The notes below the pieces were generated by a model that had not been told where the DNA came from, did no database searches, and saw only the letters and a program-made list of their open reading frames with translations. 64,000 nucleotides of DNA from the NCBI GenBank assembly GCA_963668355.1, contig OY764265.1, forward strand, positions 448,001 through 512,000. Reading direction: 5' to 3'. Positions 55,623 to 64,000 of this stretch are shown here, in pieces (position 1 is the first letter of the stretch; each line of letters starts with the position of its first letter). Source of the stretch: Bdellovibrionota bacterium (GTDB lineage: Bacteria > Bdellovibrionota_G > JALEGL01 > DATDPG01). The position numbers and the translations under genes are program-made.

Positions 55623-57140
55623 GTGTTTTCCGAGGATTCATCCAGCCCCGGGGGAGCTCAACCCCGAAACAGTACACGCGTACCTCTTGAAACCCAGGTC
55701 AATCTGGAATTCGAGAAGTTCAGTGGGTTCATTTCTGAATATTCTTCGAATATCTCCCAAGGGGGGATCTTCATCCGAACCCAAGAACCCAAAAAAGTGG
55801 GGACCATTCTGAGCTTTGAGTTCAAGCTACGAGACAATTTCAAGCTCATTCAAGGCTTGGGAGAAGTGGCCTGGATTCGAACTGAAGATCAAGGCCCCAG
55901 CCGACCCGCCGGAATGGGAATACGGTTTCACGAATTGGACGAACGCAGTCGGGAACTTATTACCACCATGGTGGACAATTACATCAAAGGGGGAGGTCAA
56001 CCCTTCGATTTGGATGAACCCACGACGACACCCAACGATTCTCCTTCTTCGGCTCCCATTCCCCCAAAAAACAATCCTGTTGAAGAATCCACACCTCCAC
56101 CCCCAGTTACGGACTCGGTTGAAGAAGATTTCCAAGCATTGTTTGCGCAAGACAATGAGGTTCCGGAAAGCAATACGGAGCCCATTCCTTCCGTAACGGA
56201 GACACCTCCCATTGTACCGGAGCAACCTCCGTCTATGGAGAAAACCGAAGTTTCGGAAATGTTTGTGGAGATGCCCGATCCAGAGCCCTCTCCTGAACCT
56301 CACGATGAAAGTCCTTTGGAAGAAGTGGAATCTCCTGAGGCCTTTTCACTCGCCAATCACCTGGAAGGCGATTCGCCCATCCTAGAAGATGAAGTGACTC
56401 CTACGAGAAATAAGAAGAAACCTCTGGTTCTCGGAGGGATTGCTCTGCTGGTTTGTGGTTTGGCCTATCTCATTGCCGGACCTCTTCTGGGTTTATTCGG
56501 CTCCGATTCCCCGGAGCGCGTGCCCCAGGTGGCTCAAAAAGCGTCAAAAACGCCCCCCAAAAACCAAGCCACAAAGACTAAAGCACCTTCCAGCGAACCG
56601 AAAGAGATCGTTCCGACGGTTGTACCTACCGCCGTTCCGACAACAGCTCCAACAACGGTTCCGACAACTGCACCCACAGTTTCTCCTACAGTTGCCCCAA
56701 CGGCGACACCTATTCCTACTCCTGTGCCCTCCCCGGTTCCCACGGTGAAACCACAAAAGGCGACTCCAGCGTTACCTGTAGCCCGACCGAGGATCATTGG
56801 GTCCGGAACATTGTCGAAAATTGATCACATTACGTGGGAGAAGAAGGGAAATCGAACATTCTTATCCATTTGGGGAAATGCTCCCATCCGAGAAGAGGCC
56901 TATCGTCGCATTCGACTTTCCGGAAAAAACCCTCGTGAAGTGATAAAAATTCTTGGCGTTCAGGCTCCTTTTTCCAAAGGAAACTTAACGGTTGGGAATT
57001 CGGAATTGAGTCGCATTCGAACCGGGCATCACTCTGGAAATGAGCTACACATCGTTTTGGATCTGGCGGGCTCAAACATCCAGGTATTACGTACCTCTAA
57101 AACCAAAAATAAAATCACACTGACTCTGGGCGCAAAATAA
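55623..57140 (+). CDS. TIGR02266-type PilZ protein with TM segment, Pro/Thr linker and AMIN-like C-terminal domain
   Basis: RNSTR (RxxxR), NISQGGIF, GMGIRF; TM around aa 268-292; NPREVI..., RIRTGHH..LHIVLDL. Confidence 0.8.
   Translation: MFSEDSSSPGGAQPRNSTRVPLETQVNLEFEKFSGFISEYSSNISQGGIFIRTQEPKKVGTILSFEFKLRDNFKLIQGLGEVAWIRTEDQGPSRPAGMGIRFHELDERSRELITTMVDNYIKGGGQPFDLDEPTTTPNDSPSSAPIPPKNNPVEESTPPPPVTDSVEEDFQALFAQDNEVPESNTEPIPSVTETPPIVPEQPPSMEKTEVSEMFVEMPDPEPSPEPHDESPLEEVESPEAFSLANHLEGDSPILEDEVTPTRNKKKPLVLGGIALLVCGLAYLIAGPLLGLFGSDSPERVPQVAQKASKTPPKNQATKTKAPSSEPKEIVPTVVPTAVPTTAPTTVPTTAPTVSPTVAPTATPIPTPVPSPVPTVKPQKATPALPVARPRIIGSGTLSKIDHITWEKKGNRTFLSIWGNAPIREEAYRRIRLSGKNPREVIKILGVQAPFSKGNLTVGNSELSRIRTGHHSGNELHIVLDLAGSNIQVLRTSKTKNKITLTLGAK
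56608..56746 (+). repeat. Coding 12-bp-period Pro/Thr repeat (xPTx)n
   Basis: VPTV-VPTA-VPTT-APTT-VPTT-APTV-SPTV-APTA... linker with diverged codons. Confidence 0.7.
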
Positions 57141-57186
57141 ATCCATTTCGGGTTGTCTTTCTTAAGGTGTCGAGGGAAGATATTGA

Positions 57187-57558
57187 GTGATGTCGGCTGA
57201 AACCAGACGAATTCTCATCGTGGACGACGAACCCCTCTCAAGCGACCCCATGAAAATCATGCTCGAAAAAGAAGGGTTTCAAGTTGATACTGCCCTGGAC
57301 GGATTGGAAGCCCAAAAAAAGTTTTCAGAAAACACATACGATCTTGTGGTCACAGATCTTGGCATTCCCTTTCTGGATGGCATTCGACTGATGGAGTGGA
57401 TTAAAGAAACCCGTTCCGTTCCGGTAATCTTAATGACTGGCTTCGCAGAGTATCTTTCGGAAGAGGCTGCCCATGAAATCGGCGCCGATGGATACTTACT
57501 GAAACCCTTTTCGCTCAAACAAGCCCGAAAAATCGTCCAAACGTGTTTTAGTTTTTAA
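57187..57558 (+). CDS. Single-domain response regulator (receiver)
   Basis: ILIVDDE, LVVTD, MTG, YLLKPF. Confidence 0.9.
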   Translation: MMSAETRRILIVDDEPLSSDPMKIMLEKEGFQVDTALDGLEAQKKFSENTYDLVVTDLGIPFLDGIRLMEWIKETRSVPVILMTGFAEYLSEEAAHEIGADGYLLKPFSLKQARKIVQTCFSF

Positions 57559-57631
57559 AAGTTGAATGAATCATTCATGACGTGTCCGGCTTCGCCGGGA
57601 CAATTTTCGCTCGGTATCACCTCGCGAAAAT

Positions 57632-57706
57632 TGGAGGCGACGGCCAGGGTCGAACTGGCGAATGGCGGTTTTGCAGACCGCTCCCTTACCACTTGGGTAC
57701 GTCGCC
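57632..57706 (-). tRNA. tRNA-Cys (GCA)
   Basis: 75-nt cloverleaf GGCGACG...CTGCAAA...GTTCGAC...CGTCGCCTCCA with U73 discriminator. Confidence 0.96.
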
Positions 57707-57781
57707 TCGCGAACATGCAGTATTAGTCCTTGTGGCTGGAAATGACAAGTCTTGAATGCGAACGAAGCGATTCCTGAGCGA

Positions 57782-59611
57782 TCACTCAACCGTTACGGAC
57801 TTGGCCAAGTTCCTTGGCTGATCCACGTCGGTACCCCGCTTATCCGCGACATGATAGGCAAGCAGCTGCATCGGAATGGTTTCAACAATGGGGCGAATAA
57901 TTTCCGGAACCTCTGGCATTTCGATGGTTCGATGCGCCACATTTTTCAAAAGTTCATCGCCTTCTTTCACCAATGCAATGACTTTGGCTCCCCGAGCCGA
58001 AACTTCTTCAATATTCGAAAGCATCTTTGAATAGGTCACTCCCCCCGTGGCCAAGGCAACCACAGGCATTTTCTCGTCAATGAGCGCGATTGGGCCGTGT
58101 TTAATTTCCCCCCCTGCATATCCTTCAGCGTGAATATAGGAAATTTCTTTGAGTTTGAGAGCCCCTTCCAAGGCAACTGGAAAACTGGGACCTCTTCCCA
58201 AGTAGAGAAAGTCTCTGGCATTCATAAATTCTTGCGCAAGCTTTTCAACCTCTTCGTTGGAATCCAACGCGCGCTCGATGGAGGACGGCAATTCAATCAA
58301 GGCATGAATTTGAGTCTGAAGGCTCTCATCATTCAAGAAATTTCGCCTCTTGGCGAAATAGAGGGCGAGCATCGCCAGCGCAGCCAGTTGCGTTGTAAAA
58401 GCTTTGGTTGATGCCACGCCAATCTCGGGGCCTGCATGCGTGTACAATACATTGGTCGATTTCCGGGCGATGGAACTTTCAATGACATTGCAAATGGACA
58501 AATCTTGGGCGCCAAGACGCTTGGCTTCTTCCAATGCCGCCAACGTATCGGCGGTCTCTCCAGATTGCGAAATGGTGATCAACAATGTGTGATCATTCAC
58601 AATGGGTTTCCGATAACGAAATTCGGAAGCCAAATCGACCTCTACCGGTAATCCGGAAAAATCTTCAAACCAATGTTTCCCGACCAAGGCGGCATGATAA
58701 GACGTTCCACAAGCGACGATCATGACGCGTTGGATCTGCTCAATTTGTTCCTGTGAGTACGAAATCTCATCCAAAACAATTTCGTTTCTGCTTTCAATCA
58801 CTCGACTCCGAAGCGTGTCGGTTAAAGCACGAGGTTGCTCAAAGATTTCTTTGAGCATGAAATGCTTATAGCCCTCTTTTTCCGCCATCACACGAGACCA
58901 AGTAATCTTCCGAGGTTGTCGGACTCTCTCATTCCCCTCGAAATCAGTCACTTTCCAAGAATCTCGCGTCACAATGGCCATCTCACCATCATCCAACACC
59001 ACCACATTTCGGGTATGTTTGAGGAGGGCTGGAATATCCGATGCGATAAAATTCTCTCCTTCTCCAATGCCCAAAATCAAGGGACTGGCATTTTTGGCCG
59101 CTACAATTTTGTCCGGCTCAGATGCAGAGAAGACCACCACCGCAAACGTTCCTTGGACTTTTCTCAATGCATTTCGAACGGCCTCCTCCAATGAATCGTG
59201 ATCTTTTAAAAAATCCTCAACCAAGAAAGGAACAATTTCCGTGTCGGTTTCGGAGGTAAATTCAAACCCCTTCTTCAATAATTGTTCTCGCAATTCCATA
59301 TGATTTTCGATGATGCCGTTGTGAACCACGACAACGTTTTCCGAACGATGTGGATGCGCGTTTTCATCCGAAGGTTTTCCATGGGTGGCCCATCGCGTAT
59401 GCCCAATGCCAATGGAACCGCTGACTGGACATTCGTCCAAACGACTTTTTAGAACTTCCAATTTCCCTTTGGCCCGAACGACTTCGATATGGGCACGGTC
59501 ATAAACAGCGACCCCTGCAGAGTCATATCCTCGGTATTCCAGTTTTTGGAGGCCTTCGACCAAAATATCGGAGGCCGATTGAGCTCCAACATATCCCATG
59601 ATTCCACACAT
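57782..59611 (-). CDS. glmS: Glutamine-fructose-6-phosphate transaminase
   Basis: MCGI, EYRGYDSAG, HTRWATHG, SQSGETADT, PRNLAKSVTVE. Confidence 0.98.
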   Translation of the reverse strand: MCGIMGYVGAQSASDILVEGLQKLEYRGYDSAGVAVYDRAHIEVVRAKGKLEVLKSRLDECPVSGSIGIGHTRWATHGKPSDENAHPHRSENVVVVHNGIIENHMELREQLLKKGFEFTSETDTEIVPFLVEDFLKDHDSLEEAVRNALRKVQGTFAVVVFSASEPDKIVAAKNASPLILGIGEGENFIASDIPALLKHTRNVVVLDDGEMAIVTRDSWKVTDFEGNERVRQPRKITWSRVMAEKEGYKHFMLKEIFEQPRALTDTLRSRVIESRNEIVLDEISYSQEQIEQIQRVMIVACGTSYHAALVGKHWFEDFSGLPVEVDLASEFRYRKPIVNDHTLLITISQSGETADTLAALEEAKRLGAQDLSICNVIESSIARKSTNVLYTHAGPEIGVASTKAFTTQLAALAMLALYFAKRRNFLNDESLQTQIHALIELPSSIERALDSNEEVEKLAQEFMNARDFLYLGRGPSFPVALEGALKLKEISYIHAEGYAGGEIKHGPIALIDEKMPVVALATGGVTYSKMLSNIEEVSARGAKVIALVKEGDELLKNVAHRTIEMPEVPEIIRPIVETIPMQLLAYHVADKRGTDVDQPRNLAKSVTVE

Positions 59612-59615
59612 TTTT

Positions 59616-60656
59616 TTACTCTCCGCTCTCTCCGATCACCGTGTTGGAACCGATCTCGGTCCCTTCCCCAACTTTCGAATCTTTCACGACGACATGTTTT
59701 CCAGTTGTGACATTTTTCCCAAGTTCGCTGTTGTGGATTTGACTGTCGAAGCCAATGACAGAGCCTTCAGCCACCTTACTCTTTCCCGAAACCACAGAGT
59801 GACCTTCCACAAAGACATCCCGATCCATATCCACCTCCGGTTCAACCACGGCGATCTCAGGATCTCCAAATCCCACTCCACCTTTCATCAGTTGTGAAAT
59901 TTTTTCTTCACAAAAAAGGCGGTTCATCTCGGCCAGTTCTTCTCGATTGTTCACACCCAATGTTTCCGTGATGTCTTGAACCCGAAACCGCCCAACTGTC
60001 TTTCCAGCTTGACGCGCAATCTCGACTAAATCCGTTAAATAATACTCTTTCTGCCTGTTAAGAGGCTTGAGCAATTTAAGAGAGGCAAACAAAAAGCGAG
60101 CGTCAAAAAGCATCAGTCCAGTATTGATCTCTTGGATTTCTTTTTCGCGTCGGGTGGAATCCTTTTCCTCCACAATGCGTGAGACACGTCCATCCCGATC
60201 CGGAACGATCCGGCCATATCCCGTCGGATCTTCCAATTCGGCTGTTAAAATTGTGATTACATCATCCGAAGCCTGATGCCACATTACGAAGCGACGAAGG
60301 GTTTCCACTTTGATTCCCGGAACATCTCCTGGGGTTACCAGAACGGCCCCTTTAAAGCCCCGAAACACTCTCTCGGCACTTCGAACCGCATCTCCCGTCC
60401 CTCGCATCTCTTTTTGTCGAGCCCAAGAGATATCCTTGTCCGAGGAAAATGCCTTCTTCACCTGATCGCCTTGATGACCGATCACCACCGCGATTCGATC
60501 GGGATTAAGCTTGTGAAGCGTTTCCAAAACACGCCCCAACATTGGCTTTCCGGCGACCAAATGGAGAACCTTGTTCATCTTGGATTCCATGCGCGTCGCT
60601 TTCCCCGCAGCCAAGACCACAATGCCTAAATTATTCTTAAGGGTTGATTTTGCCAT
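59616..60656 (-). CDS. glmU: GlmU-like UDP-GlcNAc pyrophosphorylase, C-terminally short (346 aa)
   Basis: LAAGKATRM, GTGDAV, GDVP, GYGRIV, EYYLTD, GVN; only part of the left-handed beta helix is present. Confidence 0.85.
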   Translation of the reverse strand: MAKSTLKNNLGIVVLAAGKATRMESKMNKVLHLVAGKPMLGRVLETLHKLNPDRIAVVIGHQGDQVKKAFSSDKDISWARQKEMRGTGDAVRSAERVFRGFKGAVLVTPGDVPGIKVETLRRFVMWHQASDDVITILTAELEDPTGYGRIVPDRDGRVSRIVEEKDSTRREKEIQEINTGLMLFDARFLFASLKLLKPLNRQKEYYLTDLVEIARQAGKTVGRFRVQDITETLGVNNREELAEMNRLFCEEKISQLMKGGVGFGDPEIAVVEPEVDMDRDVFVEGHSVVSGKSKVAEGSVIGFDSQIHNSELGKNVTTGKHVVVKDSKVGEGTEIGSNTVIGESGE

Positions 60657-60728
60657 TTTGAATCAGTGATTTATAGGGGTTTCCCGCTTGAAAAGCAAAA
60701 GGTAAGCTATAGATAAAAACAACCCCTC

Positions 60729-62828
60729 ATGCCGTACAATTATCCGATAAAGTTTGGGAAATACTTTCTAACACGCCGCATTGCTGTCGGAGGAATGGCG
60801 GAAGTCTTCAAGGCCAAATTGGTAGGAATCAAGGGCTTCGAAAAAAACTTGGCCGTCAAAAAAATCCTACCCGAATACAGTGAAGACGAAGAATTCCTTC
60901 AAATGTTTGTCGATGAAGCTCGAATTTCATCTCATCTTCACCATTTCAATATTGTCCAAGTTTTTGATTTTGGTGAAGTTGAAAGCGCCTTTTACATCGC
61001 CATGGAATTGGTGGATGGACCCAATTTAAAAAATCTTTTGCAACGCTGTGTTCGAGCCAGGGGAGCCTTTCCTCAAACCGTCGCGATTTACATTCTCAAA
61101 CAAATCGCCCGCGCACTGGAATATGCCCACAAACTCCGCATTGACGGATCCAACGTCTTAAACATTGTTCATCGAGATGTCAGTCCGCAGAATGTTTTGG
61201 TTTCTCGATCTGGGGACGTCAAAATCACGGATTTTGGAATTGCCAAAGCCGCCATTCGCCTGTCCCATACCCAACCTGGAAAAATCCAAGGGAAGTTCAG
61301 TTATATGTCTCCGGAACAAGCAGCAGGACGCCCGGTAGACTATCGATCTGATATTTTTTCACTCGGGATCATTGGGTACGAACTTCTCACCGGGATCAAG
61401 GTTTACTCTCAGGAAGACACTCAAAAGCGTTACGCAGAGGTTCGTGAGGCAAAAATTCCGGACCTTTCTACGCTCGTCGAAAAGATTCCCGCTCCCCTCG
61501 AATCGTTGATCATGTCGATGTTGGCTAAGGACGTAAAAGACCGGCCTCAAAGTTGCGGCGAAATCGTCAATGGTTTGAACGAATTTTTGGGAGATAAATC
61601 GACGGAAGATTTGAGGGGGGACATCAGCAACCTCATTGAAGATTTGTTCCCCAAAGAAACCAGTGACGCCAAGATTGAAAAAAAACTTCAGAACATGAAA
61701 GACGGTGACGAAGTGGTGGGCGAGCCCGTCACAGAGGTGGACTTGTGGAGAAGTGAAATCCCTGAAGACCACCACACCAAAAACATCACAAAAGCCATTG
61801 GTCAAGAGGTCACCGTCACGGGAATTGAAGTTAAACCTCGCTATCGCAGAGGCCGCACCCGACCATTTTGGTTGGCTCTCTTTCTGTTCACCTTGCTCGT
61901 GGCCGGCCTTTACTGGTTTGTTGAATCCGAACAAAACATCATTCGCCGTTCTCGTTCCCGTGGTCTCCCTCCAAGCGCATTAAATGAAAGCGGAGGCAAT
62001 TTTGAGAGTCCCTCTCCTTCGGGTCCGGTGGACATGGATCTCCTCAAGGCCGTTCAGGCCAGAGAAGAGGAACTGGAAGCCGCCGCCCGCGAAGCTGAAC
62101 TCAAACGAATCGAAGCAGAACAACAACGTTCAGAGGCCGAACGCATCGCAAAAGAAGCTCAACAAGCCCTCAAAGAAGTGGAGCAAGAGTTGGAAAATGT
62201 GGCCGTAGCTCCGGCTGAACCCTGCCCCAAAGGGATGGTTCTCATTTCCGCGGGAAACTTCCTTTTTGGTGCAGACCCCGACGATCCGGATCGAAATCAC
62301 TTGGTTGAGCCCGATGCCACCAATTTGAGGTTGCAACAATTTTGCATCGATCCCTATGAATTTCCCAATCGAAAAGGGAAAAAACCCAAAGTCGGTTTGA
62401 CGTGGACCCAAGCGCAAGCGGCTTGTAGCGAGAACATGAAACGCCTGTGCACCCAAGAAGAGTGGGAACGCGCCTGTAAGGGCCCGATGAAACGGGCTCG
62501 AAACCGCAGATATCCATATGGGAATCAATGGGAACCCGACCGATGCAATACCGAAACACGAGCCCGAGAGTCTGGAGACGACCCGGACCGCCCCTTAAAG
62601 GAATCTGGGGCCTTTTCCCAATGTAAGGGGCTTGAAGGGGTATTTGACATGAGTGGGAACGCTGATGAATGGACTGCTAGCCCTGGACACAAGCCAGGGA
62701 CGCGGGTCACACGCGGAGGATCGAGTCTTCGACCCGGTTGGGCCAGTCGATGCACCTCTGTGAGATGGTTGGACGAAACCTCCAAGATGACGGACGTTGG
62801 CTTCCGTTGTTGCAAAGACGCACGATAG
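60729..62828 (+). CDS. Ser/Thr protein kinase with TM, coiled coil and FGE-sulfatase-like domain
   Basis: GGMAEV, HRDVSPQN, DFGIA, YMSPE; C-terminal EWERAC, YPYG, DMSGNADEW, GFRCC. Confidence 0.93.
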   Translation: MPYNYPIKFGKYFLTRRIAVGGMAEVFKAKLVGIKGFEKNLAVKKILPEYSEDEEFLQMFVDEARISSHLHHFNIVQVFDFGEVESAFYIAMELVDGPNLKNLLQRCVRARGAFPQTVAIYILKQIARALEYAHKLRIDGSNVLNIVHRDVSPQNVLVSRSGDVKITDFGIAKAAIRLSHTQPGKIQGKFSYMSPEQAAGRPVDYRSDIFSLGIIGYELLTGIKVYSQEDTQKRYAEVREAKIPDLSTLVEKIPAPLESLIMSMLAKDVKDRPQSCGEIVNGLNEFLGDKSTEDLRGDISNLIEDLFPKETSDAKIEKKLQNMKDGDEVVGEPVTEVDLWRSEIPEDHHTKNITKAIGQEVTVTGIEVKPRYRRGRTRPFWLALFLFTLLVAGLYWFVESEQNIIRRSRSRGLPPSALNESGGNFESPSPSGPVDMDLLKAVQAREEELEAAAREAELKRIEAEQQRSEAERIAKEAQQALKEVEQELENVAVAPAEPCPKGMVLISAGNFLFGADPDDPDRNHLVEPDATNLRLQQFCIDPYEFPNRKGKKPKVGLTWTQAQAACSENMKRLCTQEEWERACKGPMKRARNRRYPYGNQWEPDRCNTETRARESGDDPDRPLKESGAFSQCKGLEGVFDMSGNADEWTASPGHKPGTRVTRGGSSLRPGWASRCTSVRWLDETSKMTDVGFRCCKDAR

Positions 62829-62885
62829 TTTTTCAAAACCTTCTCAAGCCTATACCCATCAAGGATTTCGCAGTATAGTAACGCC

Positions 62886-63794
62886 ATGCGTGCTTTTATT
62901 TTTTGTCTGATCAGTTTTATGTCGCTCAGCGCCCACGCGGCCTCCATCGTCGTGCTTCAAGGTGGAGAAAGTGAGTTCGATCGAAAGTACTTCTCTGGAT
63001 TCTCTTCCCTGGCCACCGAGCCGATCTCGGCCTTCAATTATGAACCCAAGAAAGAAAAAGCGCTCCTCAACAAACTCAAAGTCCTCTCTCCTGATTTGAT
63101 TTTTGCCATAGGCAACGCCCCCCTTCCTCAGCTGGCAGCCCTCCTTCCTTCAACTCCCATCTTAGCCAACGACCCATACGCTCAGGCTGTGGCTTCAAAA
63201 GCCAATGTGGTGGTTTTAAAACGGGAGGACACCCTTCATCGGATTTTAGATCTCGCGCGAACCGTCTTTCCCAACCGCAAAAACATTGGAACCATTTTCA
63301 ATCCGAAGCTCTCTCAAGCCCGATTCGACCTCTTGACGAAAGAGGCCGCAAAACATGGAGCGAAAGTAGCCGCCTTGAAAGTGGATACGGCGACAGATGT
63401 TCAAGCCTTCATCGGACAATTTACCGGAAAAATTGACCTTCTCTATTGGATCGAGGATGCCACAACCAACACGGATCTGGCCTTGATGGAGGTGTATGCG
63501 TTTGCCGAACAGGCCAGCGTGCCCGTCTTCTCTCTGAGCCCGGGTCATATTCATCGAGGCGCATTCATGACCGTGAGCATCGACCCTTTTAAAATGGGGG
63601 AACAAGCTTGGAAAACGGCAGACCTCATTCTGCGAGAAGGCAAGATTCCTCAAATGGCCATTCAAACCGAAGCCGGACACTACACGGTTTCGCTGTCCAT
63701 GAAGGCCATCGGGAAATTTGGTTTGGGGGCAGAAAAGCTCTTCGGATTCCTGCAAAAAGCGACCAAGGAAGGCTACACCGTTCAGATCAAATAG
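62886..63794 (+). CDS. ABC-transporter substrate-binding-like periplasmic protein
   Basis: Signal peptide; PDLIFAIG, IGTIFNP, GA..VSID...MGEQA pattern. Confidence 0.7.
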   Translation: MRAFIFCLISFMSLSAHAASIVVLQGGESEFDRKYFSGFSSLATEPISAFNYEPKKEKALLNKLKVLSPDLIFAIGNAPLPQLAALLPSTPILANDPYAQAVASKANVVVLKREDTLHRILDLARTVFPNRKNIGTIFNPKLSQARFDLLTKEAAKHGAKVAALKVDTATDVQAFIGQFTGKIDLLYWIEDATTNTDLALMEVYAFAEQASVPVFSLSPGHIHRGAFMTVSIDPFKMGEQAWKTADLILREGKIPQMAIQTEAGHYTVSLSMKAIGKFGLGAEKLFGFLQKATKEGYTVQIK

Positions 63795-64000
63795 GCCGAA
63801 TGTTTAGAGCTTTTCCTTTTAATTCAACTTGTTATGGTTTATCCAACAGGGGAAATGAGCCCCAATGTGCAGCAGAAACTAGAGGTGGGTTGTGAGTCAG
63901 CCAAAAAAAACCAATGAAACCATGGAAAAAATTGTTTCCCTTTGCAAACGCCGAGGGTTCATTTTTCAATCTTCAGAAATCTACGGCGGAATCAACAGTT

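Noticed and set aside
63914..64000. Start of a CDS at the window end
   Set aside because: Only 29 open codons with no recognisable motif, too little to support a call.

Overview
Bacterial chromosomal window with a Deltaproteobacteria/Bdellovibrionota/Myxococcota-like gene repertoire (inferred from the GspC-N layout, TIGR02266-type PilZ, FHA-GGDEF and Ser/Thr kinase). 1-7.7 kb: RNA helicase, RRM protein, a TetR-controlled redox cluster, a sigma54-driven Ig-like lipoprotein and hcp. 7.7-20.1 kb: a composite accessory region integrated at tRNA-fMet. Its main part is an apparently intact 9,553-bp element (10465-20035) with an 18-bp att core, matching integrase arm sites at both ends, integrase, IetAS defence pair, excisionase/AlpA-like HTH, Prim-Pol/SF3 primase-helicase, an iteron-type origin, a lambda-like cos sequence, an orphan ORF and a lone AbiGi-like gene. 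It has no capsid or terminase genes, so it reads as a minimalist cos-type phage satellite. Distal to it is a relic of an older element: a truncated sister integrase, a MITE-like inverted repeat, a 32-bp perfect palindrome, an AbiEi/AbiEii pair and three tandem 109-bp structured repeats with compensatory base changes and partial tRNA-fMet similarity. 20-64 kb is mostly core genome: S41 protease, murJ, a second AbiE-type pair, add, DciA-like, FHA-GGDEF, mutL-miaA-accA, histidine kinase, folC, an orphan secretin, folP, an NtrC-family regulator, a gspC-N type II secretion operon, PLP decarboxylase, PilZ protein, tRNA-Cys, glmS, a C-terminally truncated glmU and a kinase-FGE protein. All calls come from reading motifs by eye; no searches were run.
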